This document shows positions 46,600 through 59,427 of a DNA stretch of 64,000 nt, in pieces. The stretch is taken from assembly GCA_039621445.1 (NCBI GenBank), contig CP154954.1, positions 11,071,229 through 11,135,228 of the forward strand. Direction: 5' to 3'. How positions within the stretch are numbered: position 1 is the first letter of the stretch; each line of letters starts with the position of its first letter. The DNA comes from Euglena gracilis (Eukaryota). Position numbers and translations under genes: made by a program. A model generated the notes under the pieces. The model worked only from the letters and a program-made list of their open reading frames with translations. It was not told where the DNA came from and did no database searches.

Positions 46600-49215
46600 T
46601 GTGTACCAGGCGTATGCTTCTGTCCCCTCCCGTTGAAGAAGTTAGGATGGAAGCAGATCTTATTAGGATTTCCTAATGGGTGCCCGTTCTCTCTCCACAG
46701 GTGGTATTCTTCTTTATGCCTTTTCCTTCCTTTCCATCGGACCGGACTTGGTTATCCAGTCCGTCCTCCCCGCATTGCTCCGTGCTTTGCTTCTTGGGAA
46801 GTGGGAAAAGGGATTTTCTGTTACTCTGATTTTCAGTTGCCAAGTAGGTGCGCCAAGGCGAAAGCGAAGGCTTTTGGGAATTGAGAAAGGAGAATTGGGA
46901 ATCAGACGTACACTTGGTAGCAGATTAGGTCACGATCCTACACATACAGCCCATACAGAAAGAAACGCTATCAAGTATTACACTTGGTAGCAGATTGGTT
47001 ACGATCCTATACACACTTCACAAACAGAAAGGCTACCAGGTATTATACTTATTAGCAGATTAGGTCACGATCCTACACATACAGCCCATACAGAAAAAAA
47101 AGGCTACCAGGTATTACACTTGGTAGCAGATTGGTTCGATCCTACGCTGACTGGCAGAGGAGAGCCCCTGCACCGTTATTACACGGTCGCAGCGTCAGCT
47201 CCCGGCTTCTAGTCAACGTCTAAGCAGACGAGCAGGCTCCGGAAGGCTCTGTGCGGTATTACCCGTTACAGCCCCTCTGGTGCCAGCACAACTGCTTAGT
47301 TTTGTGGGTTTTTGCTGTTTTTGTCATCAGAAAGATGCAAAGCACAGGCCCCAACCATCAATTCAATTATGCCTTATTACAGGCATCATTGCAAGACATT
47401 GACCAAGAAACAGGGGATTGGAAGCTTTTATGTGAAAGTGCTTCCAGTTCCCACGCCGATGAGGCACAATTGGTTCAATTGTCAAGATTGCAACATTTGT
47501 CATCATTGACAGTGGTCGGCGATGAGCCCTCCACTTCATTGGCTTCAGAGGCTAATGCGGCCTCTTCCGCACTCACCTTGCCACAACGGGGGTATTCGCC
47601 TCTGTCTGCGGCAATGACACCCCGGCTTCGGGCAGGGATGGGGATGAGACCACGGATACCGATTTCGACGAGGCCCGCATGGCGGTGCACGCGTTGAAAT
47701 CCGTTTATACCTTTAAAAGGCCCATAGCCGGCTATTCGGCCGGTTCAGACCTGGAGTAGGGGAGCCCGAGATTCGAGGGCACGGACCTCTGGGCTGATGA
47801 ACAGACGGAGGTAGGACCTGATCAACCCTGCCCCCTCCCTGCCCATCTGCCTTTCTGGTCAGTACCCGGAAAATTTTCGGGTCCCCCCACTCCAACTTTC
47901 CGCTCGGAATGTTGTGCAAAGTAGGAAAGGGTTCATGGGAAGGCTGGCAAGAAATTGTATTTTCGCTAGACCCTTCACATTTTGCTTACCCCCCATGGAA
48001 CTTTTCGTCGAAGCGGAAATCAAAATACAAAATTTTTGTGCAAAAGTGAAATTTCTCATTGACACTGGTTGTCACATTGCACTGCTTTCTCGGTTCGGGT
48101 TGATACCAACACCCCTCTTGGTGCAAGCCAAGAAGCCGATCAAAATTACGACGGCTGACAACACCCCCACGTGCGGTGGTGACTTTGGATGCCTTTTGCA
48201 TATAGTCCTACACCTCATCCCCAAGCACCACTCACACCCCCCCAACCGCAGAATTCTCTGGATACCTGGGGATATGAGTCCAGAATCCATGGTTGTGACG
48301 TAATTCTGGGATACCCCTTTTTTACGTCAGCTGGATTGCCACTCCCACGGTTTGCGCACATCACCATTCTTTTTCTTACCCCCCAAACCTTCATCACCTG
48401 TTGCGTCAACCGCGACGAACACCAATTTTTCCACACCGTTTTCGAAAAACTTTTACCCCGTTACCAACCACACCAACCAACGTTTTCCACACCGTGTGTA
48501 CCGAGAAAGTTCACCCCCTGCCCATTGACACACCAACTTCCGTTCCCCATGAGGCAGGGCAAGCGAGTAGCGGTACCCCCCTCGTTTCACTGGGTAACAA
48601 GACGAAAGCCCAAAGACCTGAAGTGATCACGGTGTCGAGTGGTCGGCCAGCTGCATTAATATCCCGTTTTCCACCAGATGTATCGCTGTCAGATACATCT
48701 GTACACCCCCCAGCAGCTTCAAAGTGCATCCCAACTTTTACACACACCCTCACCAGACCAACATGCGCGACCAGGACCACTACTCTGACACTTCCTTCCA
48801 ATGTGTGCACTGTAGGTGAATTTCCGCCCAGCCAGATTTCGATTGTGGATGTTTAGTCCAAACTCCAACACTCATCCCGATTTCGCTCACCCATACACTT
48901 GGTTGCGGATCGCAATGCGCGACCGTACACCAAGTGATCCAACAACGAGGTATTGCCTTGTTGTCTGGGACCGCGAAATCCGTGTCACACACCTCCCCCA
49001 CCTCCATCTGGCACGGTATGGACTGGGTATGCACCCATCCAACCCCTCAACCCTTCTTGGGAATGCCCCTAGGGAGTGTGGATGACACACCCTTGACCTA
49101 TGTTTGCGGATCCCTGAATTTTGTTACCGCTCTTCAACCCGCGAACCAGGTCGACACCTACGCGACGCGCGTACGGAACGCATTTAATTTTGGTCAATAC
49201 CGCATTTTGGACCAA
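46600..49215 (+). mobile_element. Deleted family B copy: 5' LTR (46600-46912), repeated PBS, gag start, protease; truncated just before the Dam domain
   Basis: LTR matches 56540-56854(-); MQSTGPNHQFNYALL; FLIDTGC; ends at NAFNFGQYRILDQ, homologous to the pre-Dam segment at ~26600. Confidence 0.82.
46909..47145 (+). repeat. Four tandem 65-71-bp units, each beginning with the LTR end and PBS
   Basis: TACACTTGGTAGCAGATT..G..CGATCCTA near 46909, 46979, 47044 (degenerate) and 47115. Confidence 0.88.
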
Positions 49216-50504
49216 AAGCCGAGAACGCTCTCCGGACGTCCACCATGGAGGTGCAGAAGTCACACACAATCGAAGGGGGGTTGAACCCCCGTGAGGTTCC
49301 TCAAGCCAAGTGCCAGCCAGGTCCACCATACAACCTCTTGAAGCGCACCTACTGACCCGAGCCTGGTGCAGTAGGAAACGAAGGGCCCGTCCACCCAATC
49401 CAGATCTCAACGACCAATCAGAATTGCGGTGATCGAGAACAGGATTACAAATCGCCTGTGCACCAGCAGCATGTCGAGATCTTTTCGCCAAGCTCACCCC
49501 TCTTACCTGTCCCCGCACCTCTCACGGACTCTTTCTTCTGTATTTAGCCTCACTCCCCTGAACTCGTCAAATCCAGTATGCTGTGCCACTGGTCGGTGGA
49601 CTCGGATCGCCCCACCACCGTTGTCAAAATGCTGCTGTCTCTTTTGCACACAATGTCCGTATTTTGGCATTGACAGCTTTACAGTTGCTCAAGTTTGACG
49701 ATTGTGTATTACGCCTGTGGCTGTGAACTATCTGCGCCGTCGACTTGGTCTATCACGTCACTCCACACTTTACAACCATTTCTGAGAGTTAGCCTACCAG
49801 TGGGAGGAGTCGGGGGTATTCCCCGTCACACTTGGCTTCTGTTTGGCCTCATCACTGCCTGCAACTCCGGTCTCCGGCAGTGCCAGCTGCCACACCAGTT
49901 TTCACTGTGGAGTTATTTTTTCTCTACTGGTGCCAATGGCTGTGCTGTGGTTGGCCCTGGCCCCCTCATGGTCCACGACGGTCATACACCGGTGGCCTGG
50001 GGATGTGCGCCTGGACGGGCCTTTTACTGGACCACTACTCCTACATGGTCATACACCACAGCTGTAGCAGTAAATGTCAGTGGCCTACGTATTTTTTGTT
50101 TTGTGCATTGTGCTGTGTTCTTTTCCCAGTGTTGTAAAACCCCGTTCATACATGGGGGGACGTGGTCCTGCCACAAACCCTCCCCATTGGGCAGTGGGGA
50201 ACCACGGGAACACTGGCTCTACTTTTTATCTTCTTCCCATCTGCCCCGCCCAATTTCCCCCAGATTTGGGACCCTCCAACTCTGAGAGGTGTGTGGCCAC
50301 AAACAAAGACCTGCATCTGTGGTAGATGCCCCCATTGTGGGACAAGGCTCTCAGAAAACTAAATGCCCCACTCCTGCCACCCATGCAGGGAAACGCGGTT
50401 TTGGCACCCCCCTGGCGACTTCCCACAGACTTCCGGACGGTTCGGTGGGGTGCGGACACTGTTGCTCGCAACCTGCTTTTCTCGGAAGAGACACCAAACC
50501 CTGG

Positions 50505-51660
50505 TGTGTACCAGGCAGCCATTCTGCCATGGCACTGTGTACCAGCTTCAATGGGCTACGGCCTAAAATTTGGCTACGGCCGGGCTGTACACAGTGACAC
50601 GGTTAAACCATAAGACAAAGAGAGAATCTCAGAGCTAGCGAAAGCTTAGCGAAAGTAACTGGTTCCTAATTCAAAGGTTACAGGGTTTGGTGCTTTGCAA
50701 TTCTTTTTTAGAATTCTGAGGGCGAAGTCCCATTTGAATAGAAGTTTTAGTTCTTTCTTTTACAAAGCTCGAAAGAGCAAATATCACTTTCATATAATGG
50801 ATTGCGGTCCCAACATTTTTATTTTCCTTTGTGCTTTGCAATCAAATGGAAAAATGGAAACAAATGTTACTGTTACTCCCCCCTCGCGCTTTTCAGGAGG
50901 AAACCTTAAGTAGAAAAGCCGGGGTGGGACGTACACTTGGTAGCAGAGTAGGTTTAACGGTCGAACGACCAAACAAAAACTCAGAAAAAGGCGTCTAAGC
51001 ACGGGCGAGGTGTCTCAGTAGCACAAGTGGCTACGGCTGCATCACAAAGCCTGTGAGCCCCCACCTTTGCTTACCTTTTTGGGTGTGTTCACACAAAGTT
51101 TTGTTATTTTTACAGTTTTTACGATTTTCACAAAAAATTTCCCAACTTTTCATCAAAAATGCAAAGCGCAAATGCGAACAATGGAAACGCACCTATTAAC
51201 TGTGATTTGTTAATAGGTTCGCATCGTGGACTGCAGAATGCAGACGAAGTCGCTACGGCGACAGAAAAATTTTCCTTACAAGGGACGAATGCCCAAGTCG
51301 CTTTAGCGACACAAAATTTTTATTCACAAGGGGGGGATGCCCAAGCCGCTTCTGCGGTGGATTTTTTCCGTACAAGGGGCGGACGCCCTAGCCGCTTCGG
51401 CGGTGCCCCCCCACAACCCCCCCCCCACAACTGGGTTTTCGAACCCAAACCGCATTAGGGGTGCCCCCCCCCCTACAACAAGCCGCTTCGGCGGTGCCCC
51501 CCCCTCCAAGGGTCTTTGGACCCAAGCCGCGTCGGCGGTGACCCCCCCTCCAAGGGTCTTCGGACCCAAGCCGCTTCGGCAGTGCCCCCCCCCCGCTCCA
51601 AGGGTCTTCGGACCCAAGCCGCTTCGGCGGTCCCCCCCCCCAAGGGTCTTCGGACCCAGG
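50505..51660 (+). mobile_element. 5' end of a third family-B-like element: LTR 50505-50935, PBS TGGTAGCAGAG at 50938, gag-like start at 51159
   Basis: Same LTR termini (TGTGTACCAGGC...GACGTACA-CT). MQSANANN...DLL resembles the other gag starts. Confidence 0.75.
51385..51660 (+). repeat. ~42-45-bp tandem repeats containing C(TTCG)G hairpins
   Basis: CCAAGCCGCTTCGGCGGT(C)nCCAAGGGTCTTCGGAC units. Confidence 0.85.
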
Positions 51661-51699
51661 CTGTAGTTTAGCCTTAGGCTTTCTGCCTTTCTCTTTCCG

Positions 51700-54600
51700 C
51701 TGTGGCGGAGGCGGCGTTCTGCAGGCGATTTTGGAGCAGGTTTGGCAGTTGGTGCGGTGGTATGTGGTACGTCAGGAGCTGTTGGTACCACCCGTTCAGG
51801 TGTGTGTACCACTACGGGTGTTGTCACCACTTCGGGTGTTTGGACGTCAGAAGCAGAACCAGCAGCGTCTGCTGTCAGTGCTGTGGTGGAAGCCGTAGCT
51901 TCTTGTGTGGGTTCTTCGCCAAGTCCCGTGTCACGGGGACTTCGCGTTGAAGAGGAAGACCTCGATCGCACCATTGCAACCATCGAGGCTACGCCACTCC
52001 GGACGCTTCCGAGGACACGTTCTGCAGCGCGTCCGACTTGTGGTGGTATGAGTATGAAGTCGTCTGGATCTGGATATCCACGGCTGTGAATACCGAGTGG
52101 GTATTCTCGACGTATTTGTTCACGCTCTGCACGTAGTGCTTCCATTTCTTCGTCAGTGATTGCTCGGTCACCTTCCGCACGTGCGGAGGTGGGTGGAAGC
52201 GTGTCTGACGAAGGCACTGCGGCCATTGTAGAGTCTACAGACACTTCGGCCATCGTAGGTGCTGTAGGCTCTTCGGCCACTGGAAGTTCTGTAAGTGCGT
52301 TGGGTTCCACGTCTGGTAATGGTGTTTGTGGTCTTGTCTGAGCAGGCATTGTAGCTGGCGTTTCGGCCCTTAGAGCATGTTGTACGTCGGCATCTGCGGG
52401 TTCAGACTCCACGGATGCGGAGGAGACGGAGCGTGTACTGTGTTCATTGTCTGTCCCTTCCTCCATTTCCTCATCGCTGGATGACGCAGAAGAGGAAACG
52501 GACGAAGAGTCTTAAGAGTGTACGGGAGTGTGTTCCACAGACATTGTAGGTGTAGGTGGAGGTTGTGTCAAACGTTCTTCCGAACGTTTGGTTGCAGGAT
52601 TCGCTGCTGCTTTGGCTGTTGTCGTTGTACATGATGCAGCCGTTGGAGGTTGTTCAACTGTAGACTGCGCTGCCTCGGACTCCGCCGGCTGTGGTTCAGG
52701 GAGTTTTATACGTGGTCGCAGACGGAAGTTTTGCCATCCGACAAATTTGTTTCCTCCCGATCCGCGAGGAAGCCAGTCCAGTATTGGGATGGCCAACCCA
52801 TCCTTATTTGTACGTTTGCCCTTGAAAAATGGGGCAAAGTCCTCTCTTCGGAGGGTTTCGCCAAACAGGCGTTTGATATACTTCCGTTTTCCGTCTTCGT
52901 CCCATGCAGGTCGAAGAGGGAGGTATTCTTGTGGGAGTGGTTGTTTCGGGTTGAATAAATTGTAGATTTCCAGAGCATAGCATACCCGTGCTCTCCATTG
53001 GAACGTCTGCATGTGCAGAAGCATTTGTCGGTGGTTTCGTCTGGCGTATCCGATTTCCCTGACTTAGAGGGGATTGTGGCAAATGTGTCCGAGTAGTCTT
53101 CGTTGTAGTTGGGCTTCCGCCAATTCTCGTTGGTGGGGCTGCACCCTGGTGCGTTTGGGCGGTCGGTTGTCCGACCGCGTACCCCAAAGCCCCAGAAGTC
53201 CACGGGGAACTTGTGGAGGCAGTGGGTGCACCAAACGACGAATCTTTGTGGGTAAGTCAGGTCGATTCCGACCACTTGGAAGTGGGGGCCATAGTGTTCG
53301 TTGAAGAAAATTTGGTAGTTGTAACAGAACATTTCGTGTGTCACCAGTTGTATTTCCTTTGCAAGTGGGAATACTTCCCATTGTATGCCGTGTGGTCCGA
53401 TTTCGCGGATGTTGTCGAACATTGTCTTCAGTGTGTCAAGGGATGACTCCCATCCGTATTGTAGTTTTGGATGTGGCAAGTAGTGTGCCTTGCTCGCGGG
53501 CATTGGAAATGAAACGAAGTTCAAGCAATGGAATCCGAGCCAGAAAAGTAGTTGCCAGAAACCTGGCAATTTGTCGATGCAATCCTGGCTTTCGTAACAC
53601 GAAATTGTACCATCGAAGAAAAAGCCACGGGCTTTTTCCTTGTAGAGTTTGACCATGTGGTGATGTACTTCAGGAGCTACAAACCAAGGGTGTTGTTCCT
53701 CATAGTACTGGTGCAAAATTTTATCACATCCGTCTGAGATGCAGAACAGATGGTCAACCATGAATTGTACGTCCAGGTCGTAACGCGGTTGTGAGCCTTC
53801 GCTCTTTCCTTTGCCTTTCTGGCCTTTCTGTCCTTTTGCGGCTTCGCGCTCTTGTTCATTCCAACGGTATGCACCATCTTTTCGGAATGCTAGTGTTTTT
53901 CTTCACATTGTAACGGTTACACCAGCGGTGTAATGTCCAGCAATGTCATGGGATGGTTTGTCTGGATACATTTGGTGATATATTTCGTAAAAAGATCGTT
54001 GTACGTTGGGCGGGATCGGCAGTCATCGCTTTCCTGACGATCACGTTGCACCTGCACGCTTTGTGGCTCGTCGTCCAAACGACGACGTTGTGTATCTGGC
54101 GTTGGACGTGTTTGTGGTGGTGTTGCAAACTCCGGTCCACGCGGACGTTTGCGCGCGTCAACGTTGTATGGTTTTGCTGGGGCGGTCAAATGTTGTAGAG
54201 CTTCCTTGTAGGTGGCGCGTTGTGCCGGCGACTCAAACCTGGGTTGACCCGAGAAAGGGTGTCCCGGTTCAACAGGTGGTTGTGTCTGTCCAGCCGAGGC
54301 CGGTTGTGAAGGTGTCGTAACAGGAGGTGCTCGAACAGGAATTTGTAGTTTTTGCGGGTGCTTTTGTACGTGCCGACCGCGCGGCTTGAGCAGGGGGTCC
54401 TGTTCTTTGTATAGGTACAGGTTGGTTTGAACCTGCTGCTGATGCGGCAGGCTGAATAGATGTTGATTGTGCAGTCGAAACTGCTTGTACAGGCTTTGTT
54501 TGTGGTGCCGGAGTAGGTTGAGCTACCAGCGGCACAAGGTGCGACACCGAAGCGAGTTGTTCCATTGGACCAGGTTGATGTGGTGGTGCATTCACACGCA

Positions 54601-56539
54601 AAACTTCGGGTAGTGCCCAGGTGGGTATACCGAAAGTTTTGGAGTTTGGACCAATGCCATCCATTATCACTCCCTTTACGTTGATGGCTCCCAAATGGGA
54701 TCCAAGTTCGTAAATTTTGTCAAGGGGAAGGTATTGTTCGCCTTTGTTTGTGTAAGCGAAATCCAGAGATTGTGGCACTCGTTCATAGTGAATATTGTCC
54801 TCTACGGGACGCAGGGGGTTTTCTCCGACAACCCGTATCGCTGTCGGTTCCAGCAGCGGTACGGAGGGGGTTGTCGGTGGTTGTGGTTGAGATTGTACAG
54901 ATGGTTGAGTTTGTACGGGTTGTGGTGGTTGGGGTGCTTGAGGTGGTTCGTCTGTTTCCATGGTATACTGCGGCTCAGGGTCTGCCGTTGAATACTCGTC
55001 GTAAGGCTCTTCGGCCATGTCGTCGGTATAATTTTCATCGTATGGCTCTTCGGCCTCCATAGCGTACTGTGATGGCATACTAGCCTCCCAGTTCCGTGCA
55101 GGCGGCATGCGTGGGGGAGAGGAAAAACGTTGTTGTGGTAAGTATACTGGTTCTTGCATTTGGACTTCACCCATCTCACTTTCTGTGAGTCCAGGAGTAT
55201 AGCGGCGCACGTGTTCCACGTAAGCACCCACAGGATGCACTCCGCGGAGCACAGGCGGGACCAGGACTCCCAGATCCCGGAGAGTTACATTGTCTGGAAA
55301 TACGGATTCTCCGGGTTGGAAGAAGATTCTACCTGCTATCGTACTCTGGGACCACATGTCTCAGGTGGCGATAGGTTTGTTGGCGATTGCAAGCAGTTGT
55401 CGGCAGTACGAATCCCACATCACTCGGATGAAGGGATCCGGTCTGTCCTCTGTGCACATGCGCAGAGCGTTACGAATTGTATCTGTTGATGCCGTTGTCA
55501 GTTCGCCCATGTACTTGGGGAACCGAGGCATCACAAGACCGCCTCAAAAGCAGCGCGTTGGCTACTGCTACTTGCCAGATCGTATCTCCTTGGGGGCCGC
55601 GGTTGCGGCACCGCAAACTGTTCATAGGCAGATTCCGTTTGTTGTGGAACCATTGTTTGAGATTGTAAGCCACCAAGTGTAGTTTGTTCTGGAGCAACAT
55701 GCAGAACCGCATGTTGAGTCACAGGGGAATTTGCCTCTACGGGCCTTGCTGCCGAAGCAGCTTGTACATGCCGAACGGGGACTTGCCCTCCACGAGGGAG
55801 TGCAAGTCCTCGTCCTCCCGAAGGAGGTTGTGGGTGAGGGGGTCCTCCCGTACGAGGTTGTCCAGGGGGAACATACGGTTGGGAGGATGGGGGACCAGGT
55901 CCCTTTCCTCCTGCGTCCATCTTAAAAAAGAGCAGATAGTAGCAAGTGCTGAGCTGTGTGGAAACAGAGAAATAAGGCATTGTACGGTAACATTGGACGC
56001 ATGCGAGCAAATGTGTGCACACACAAAATATTTGTATGTTTGCACTAATTGTAAAATCAAAATTGTAGCACCAAGTGTAAAAATGTATCGCTCAAAACCA
56101 TAGTCATTTGACGAAAAGTCCTTCGGTAGGGACAAAATGGTTTGGCATCCGCCCGTTGTTTATTTTGGCAGCCTCCCATTATACGTTTTGTCGAAAGTCC
56201 ACGCTATGGACAACTCTTGGACATCTTTGTACATCCTCTCTTAGAAGGTATTTACAGAAATGTCTATGTTATTTCGTTTGTTCCATAATTACCAGTCCTG
56301 TTGGATATAACCAACAAAACTAGTTGCAGGTTCCCAATTGTCCTTTTCGGGACCATAGCCTTTCCACCTCACCTTCCAGTAATGTATACCCCTGTCTACT
56401 TTGTGGTTGAGGTATTTCAACGACAACCTCATCTGTTTCAGGCAGTTTTAACCGTGGTTTGAAGTGAAAGGCAGGGTATTGCTTTACCGTTTGGTGGAGT
56501 CCGGTATGGTTTGAAGTCATCCGTGTGCACATCCTCGAG
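51700..56539 (-). pseudogene. 3' half of a family-B element: integrase tail/chromodomain remnant (~56300-56539) followed by divergent ORF3 copy 2 (~55920-51700)
   Basis: LPETDEVVVE plus frameshifted WKGYGPEKDNWEP; then WSQSTIAGRIFF..TLRDLGV, GFWQLLFWLG and YPQR..CTHC..VDFWGFG. Confidence 0.78.
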
Positions 56540-56864
56540 TGTACGTCTGATTCCAAATTTCCCTTTCCCAATTCCAAAAAAGCCTTCGCTTTCGCCTTGG
56601 CGCACCTACTTGGGAACTGAAAATCAGAGTAATAGAAAATCCCTTTTTCCCACTTCCCAAGAAGCAAAGCACAGAGCAATGCAGGGAGGACGGACTGGAT
56701 ATCCAAGTCCGGTCCAGAGAAAAGGAAGGACAAAGGGAAAAACAGAATACCACCTGTGGAGAGAGAAGGGGCACCCATTAGGAGATCCTAATAGGATCTG
56801 CTTCCATCCTAACTTCCTCACCGGAAGGGGACAGAAGCATACGCCTGGTATACATCCTCCTCCC
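56540..56864 (-). repeat. Family B 3' LTR (56540-56854) with PPT GGGAGGAGGA (56855-56864)
   Basis: Reverse complement of 46600-46912; TG...CA termini. Confidence 0.87.
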
Positions 56865-59427
56865 AGGGCTATGCCCGATTTCCCCTTTGGACCAGGCATT
56901 CTGGCCACAGGGATTTCGGACACAGACCTGGTCTGTGGGAGGTGCACCCTGGCGCATCCACAGGGGCCCTTTCCGTCGCACAGGGGTCAACTCAAAGGGG
57001 GGGGGAAAGGAGGGGACCCAAAAAGCCCAAAACGCGCAAAATGGTTTCACCTATTCTGCGGTGGCTTATGGGTATATAGTATATTATAGCCCACTGGGGA
57101 AAATGGGGCTGGCAGGTTTCCTTGCCAAGCAAACCCATCCACCCAGTTTAGGTGTGCCCAAGGCACTTGGGGTTGGGTCCATGGGCGTTCCAGGAAAACC
57201 CATGGGGAGGGTGTGGAAGGAGGGGGCCTCTGACCAGTCAAACCTGGGCAGGGCGAATGGCCAGTCAAACCTGACCACGTAAAAGGAAATCCTACTATAC
57301 AAAACCAACTGCCGGCGACAGCATTTGGGGGGAGAGTAGAGAGGAGTGGGGGGTTGGCTTAGGCCAGAAAAGTTGAGCTGTCTGGCAGCCTTATGGCCTC
57401 AAACGGGCCGAGAAGAAAATAAAGGGAAAGGAAAGAGGCCGTCAGCCCTGTGCGCTGCGTGTCGCACGCCCGCGAGAGGGGAGAGGGGAGAGGGGTGTGC
57501 ATGCATGCGCACGGAATCCTGCACATGGCAGCATCCCGGTGGGAACTTACTAGCGGCGAATACCGCAAAGGGTCTTCGAAGGGGTTGTTCGGGCGAATAC
57601 CCAAAAAGGGTGTCAGGCGAATACCTGACGAGGGTTCTGAAAGCCGCCGCATTGGCGCTCACAGACACCTCACCTGCCTTTATCGGCTGGACGTTCGCGC
57701 ACCTCACGCCAGTAGTCGTGTTGGGGGTCCCCTAATGGGTCCTCAACCAACTCCAGTTGGCGTGGGGAACACGGCATAGCTGATTCACTCCGAATGGTGT
57801 TGAGCTCCGGATCGTTGGCATCAAAGGAAGGGGTCTCCCAGTCCTTGATCCAATTATCCGGCAGCTTCTCCCTGGTACGTTCAGCATGATGCTGAAGGTA
57901 CCGTTGGAGCTGCTCCCAGAAAATTGTGGGCAGCATCACCGGCCAGATGATGTAATTCATCTGGGGGTGATTCGCAGGCACCTGCGGGGGCATCCCCGGG
58001 GTCTGCTTGAAGTTGATGTCATGTATCCACCTCGCTGTCCGAGCTCTTGCGGTATGGGGCCGTAATACAGCCGCCAACCAACCTCTGAAGTCCACCAAAT
58101 CGTGTTCTTCAGGAGGCCACAGTGGCAAGGCGTATCTTCCATGCTGACGCTTGGAGAACAGGGGGTAAACCTGTGTCTCCCAGTCCCCATCGGTTCAGAG
58201 GTAAGGCATTCTTACCTTGGCGTGTTCCTCGACGGCGAGGCGCATTGCCCCAGCGTCGATCTGGAACTCAGGGGCCATTCCCGTGTGGCGGTAGCTTTCT
58301 ACCTTGCGGAAGTCGGAGTGCTTCAGGCGGCCTTCCACCTGTTCGTACTCCTTCTTCCACTTCTCCATTGTCTCCCAGTGGTGGAGGACAATGGTGGTGA
58401 CTGCTCCATCAGCAGTCTGCACGAACCTGGCCCCTATACAGTTGATGCTCAAGGCAGGGATATCCCTGTCGTGAGCATTCTCACTGTAGGAGTAGTTCAA
58501 GCTGTGCTTCGAGGCGTTCAGGCACTCGCCACATACGAGCGCCACACAGTTCGGCACATATGCCCTGTGATGGAACCACGAGGATTGCACCTGCCGCTTG
58601 CACACATGCACAAGCGGTTGGTTGTGCCGCACATGGTGGCACACGGTGCACGTCCAGGCAAAGGACGTGCCGTGCTGGAAATCCAACACGCAGTCCTCAC
58701 CAAAGTACTGTGCCAGTACTCTGGGTGAGCGCCTATTCCAGAATGTCCAGGTATGTTCCGGGACATAGTGGAAAGGTTCTCCTCGGACGAAGAGGGGCTG
58801 AATCCATCGATTCAGTGACCCTTTCTGGTGCCTAATAGCAGCCAGTTTCTTCGTCCTCTCTTCCACGGTGCCTAGTCTGGTCAGGATATCCTGAGTCCAG
58901 AGCTGGGCATCCGCAGACACAGGAAGTGAAGCAGGTTCATCCTGCTCCTCATCCGTCGATCCGGCGGAAGACTGGGCCTGTCGACCACGAGCCTTACCTT
59001 TCGGTTTGCTCTGGCCGTACCCGGACGATGCAACGGCCGAATAGTCGTGCATTGTCGTAGGGCCTTTCGGCTGTCCGCCAGTCTGACCTCCAGCGCCACC
59101 TTTCGGTGGTGGTTTCCCATCACCGCCTTTGGCAGGGGGCTTACAGGGTGCAGCACCCAGTTTGCCTCCTTTCGGCTTCGCACTCCCGGAATCAGGAGGC
59201 GATGCCTGCGGCTTACTCCTGGTATCAGGAGCCGATGGTGCCGGAGTAGACGCTTGCCGTCTGGGCGAAGCGGGCATGATGGCCGCTGCGTCACGCGTGA
59301 CGCCCCGAGGAGTGGGCACTCGTTCCTGGGGTTGTTCAGTCTGCCGCCGCCGAGCAGGTTCATCCCGTCCGACGGGGCGTGGCACTGTGGTCGTTACCGG
59401 AATCGGTGCTTCCACAGGTGCTGATAC

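Noticed and set aside
46909-47145. CRISPR-like repeat/spacer array
   Set aside because: The spacers are themselves repeats (A-B-A-B), the repeat is the LTR end plus PBS, there are no cas genes, and the context is eukaryotic.
47713-47995. Suspected local inversion in the deleted family B copy
   Set aside because: On comparison with 46170-46400(-) the segment is colinear with the plus-strand element.
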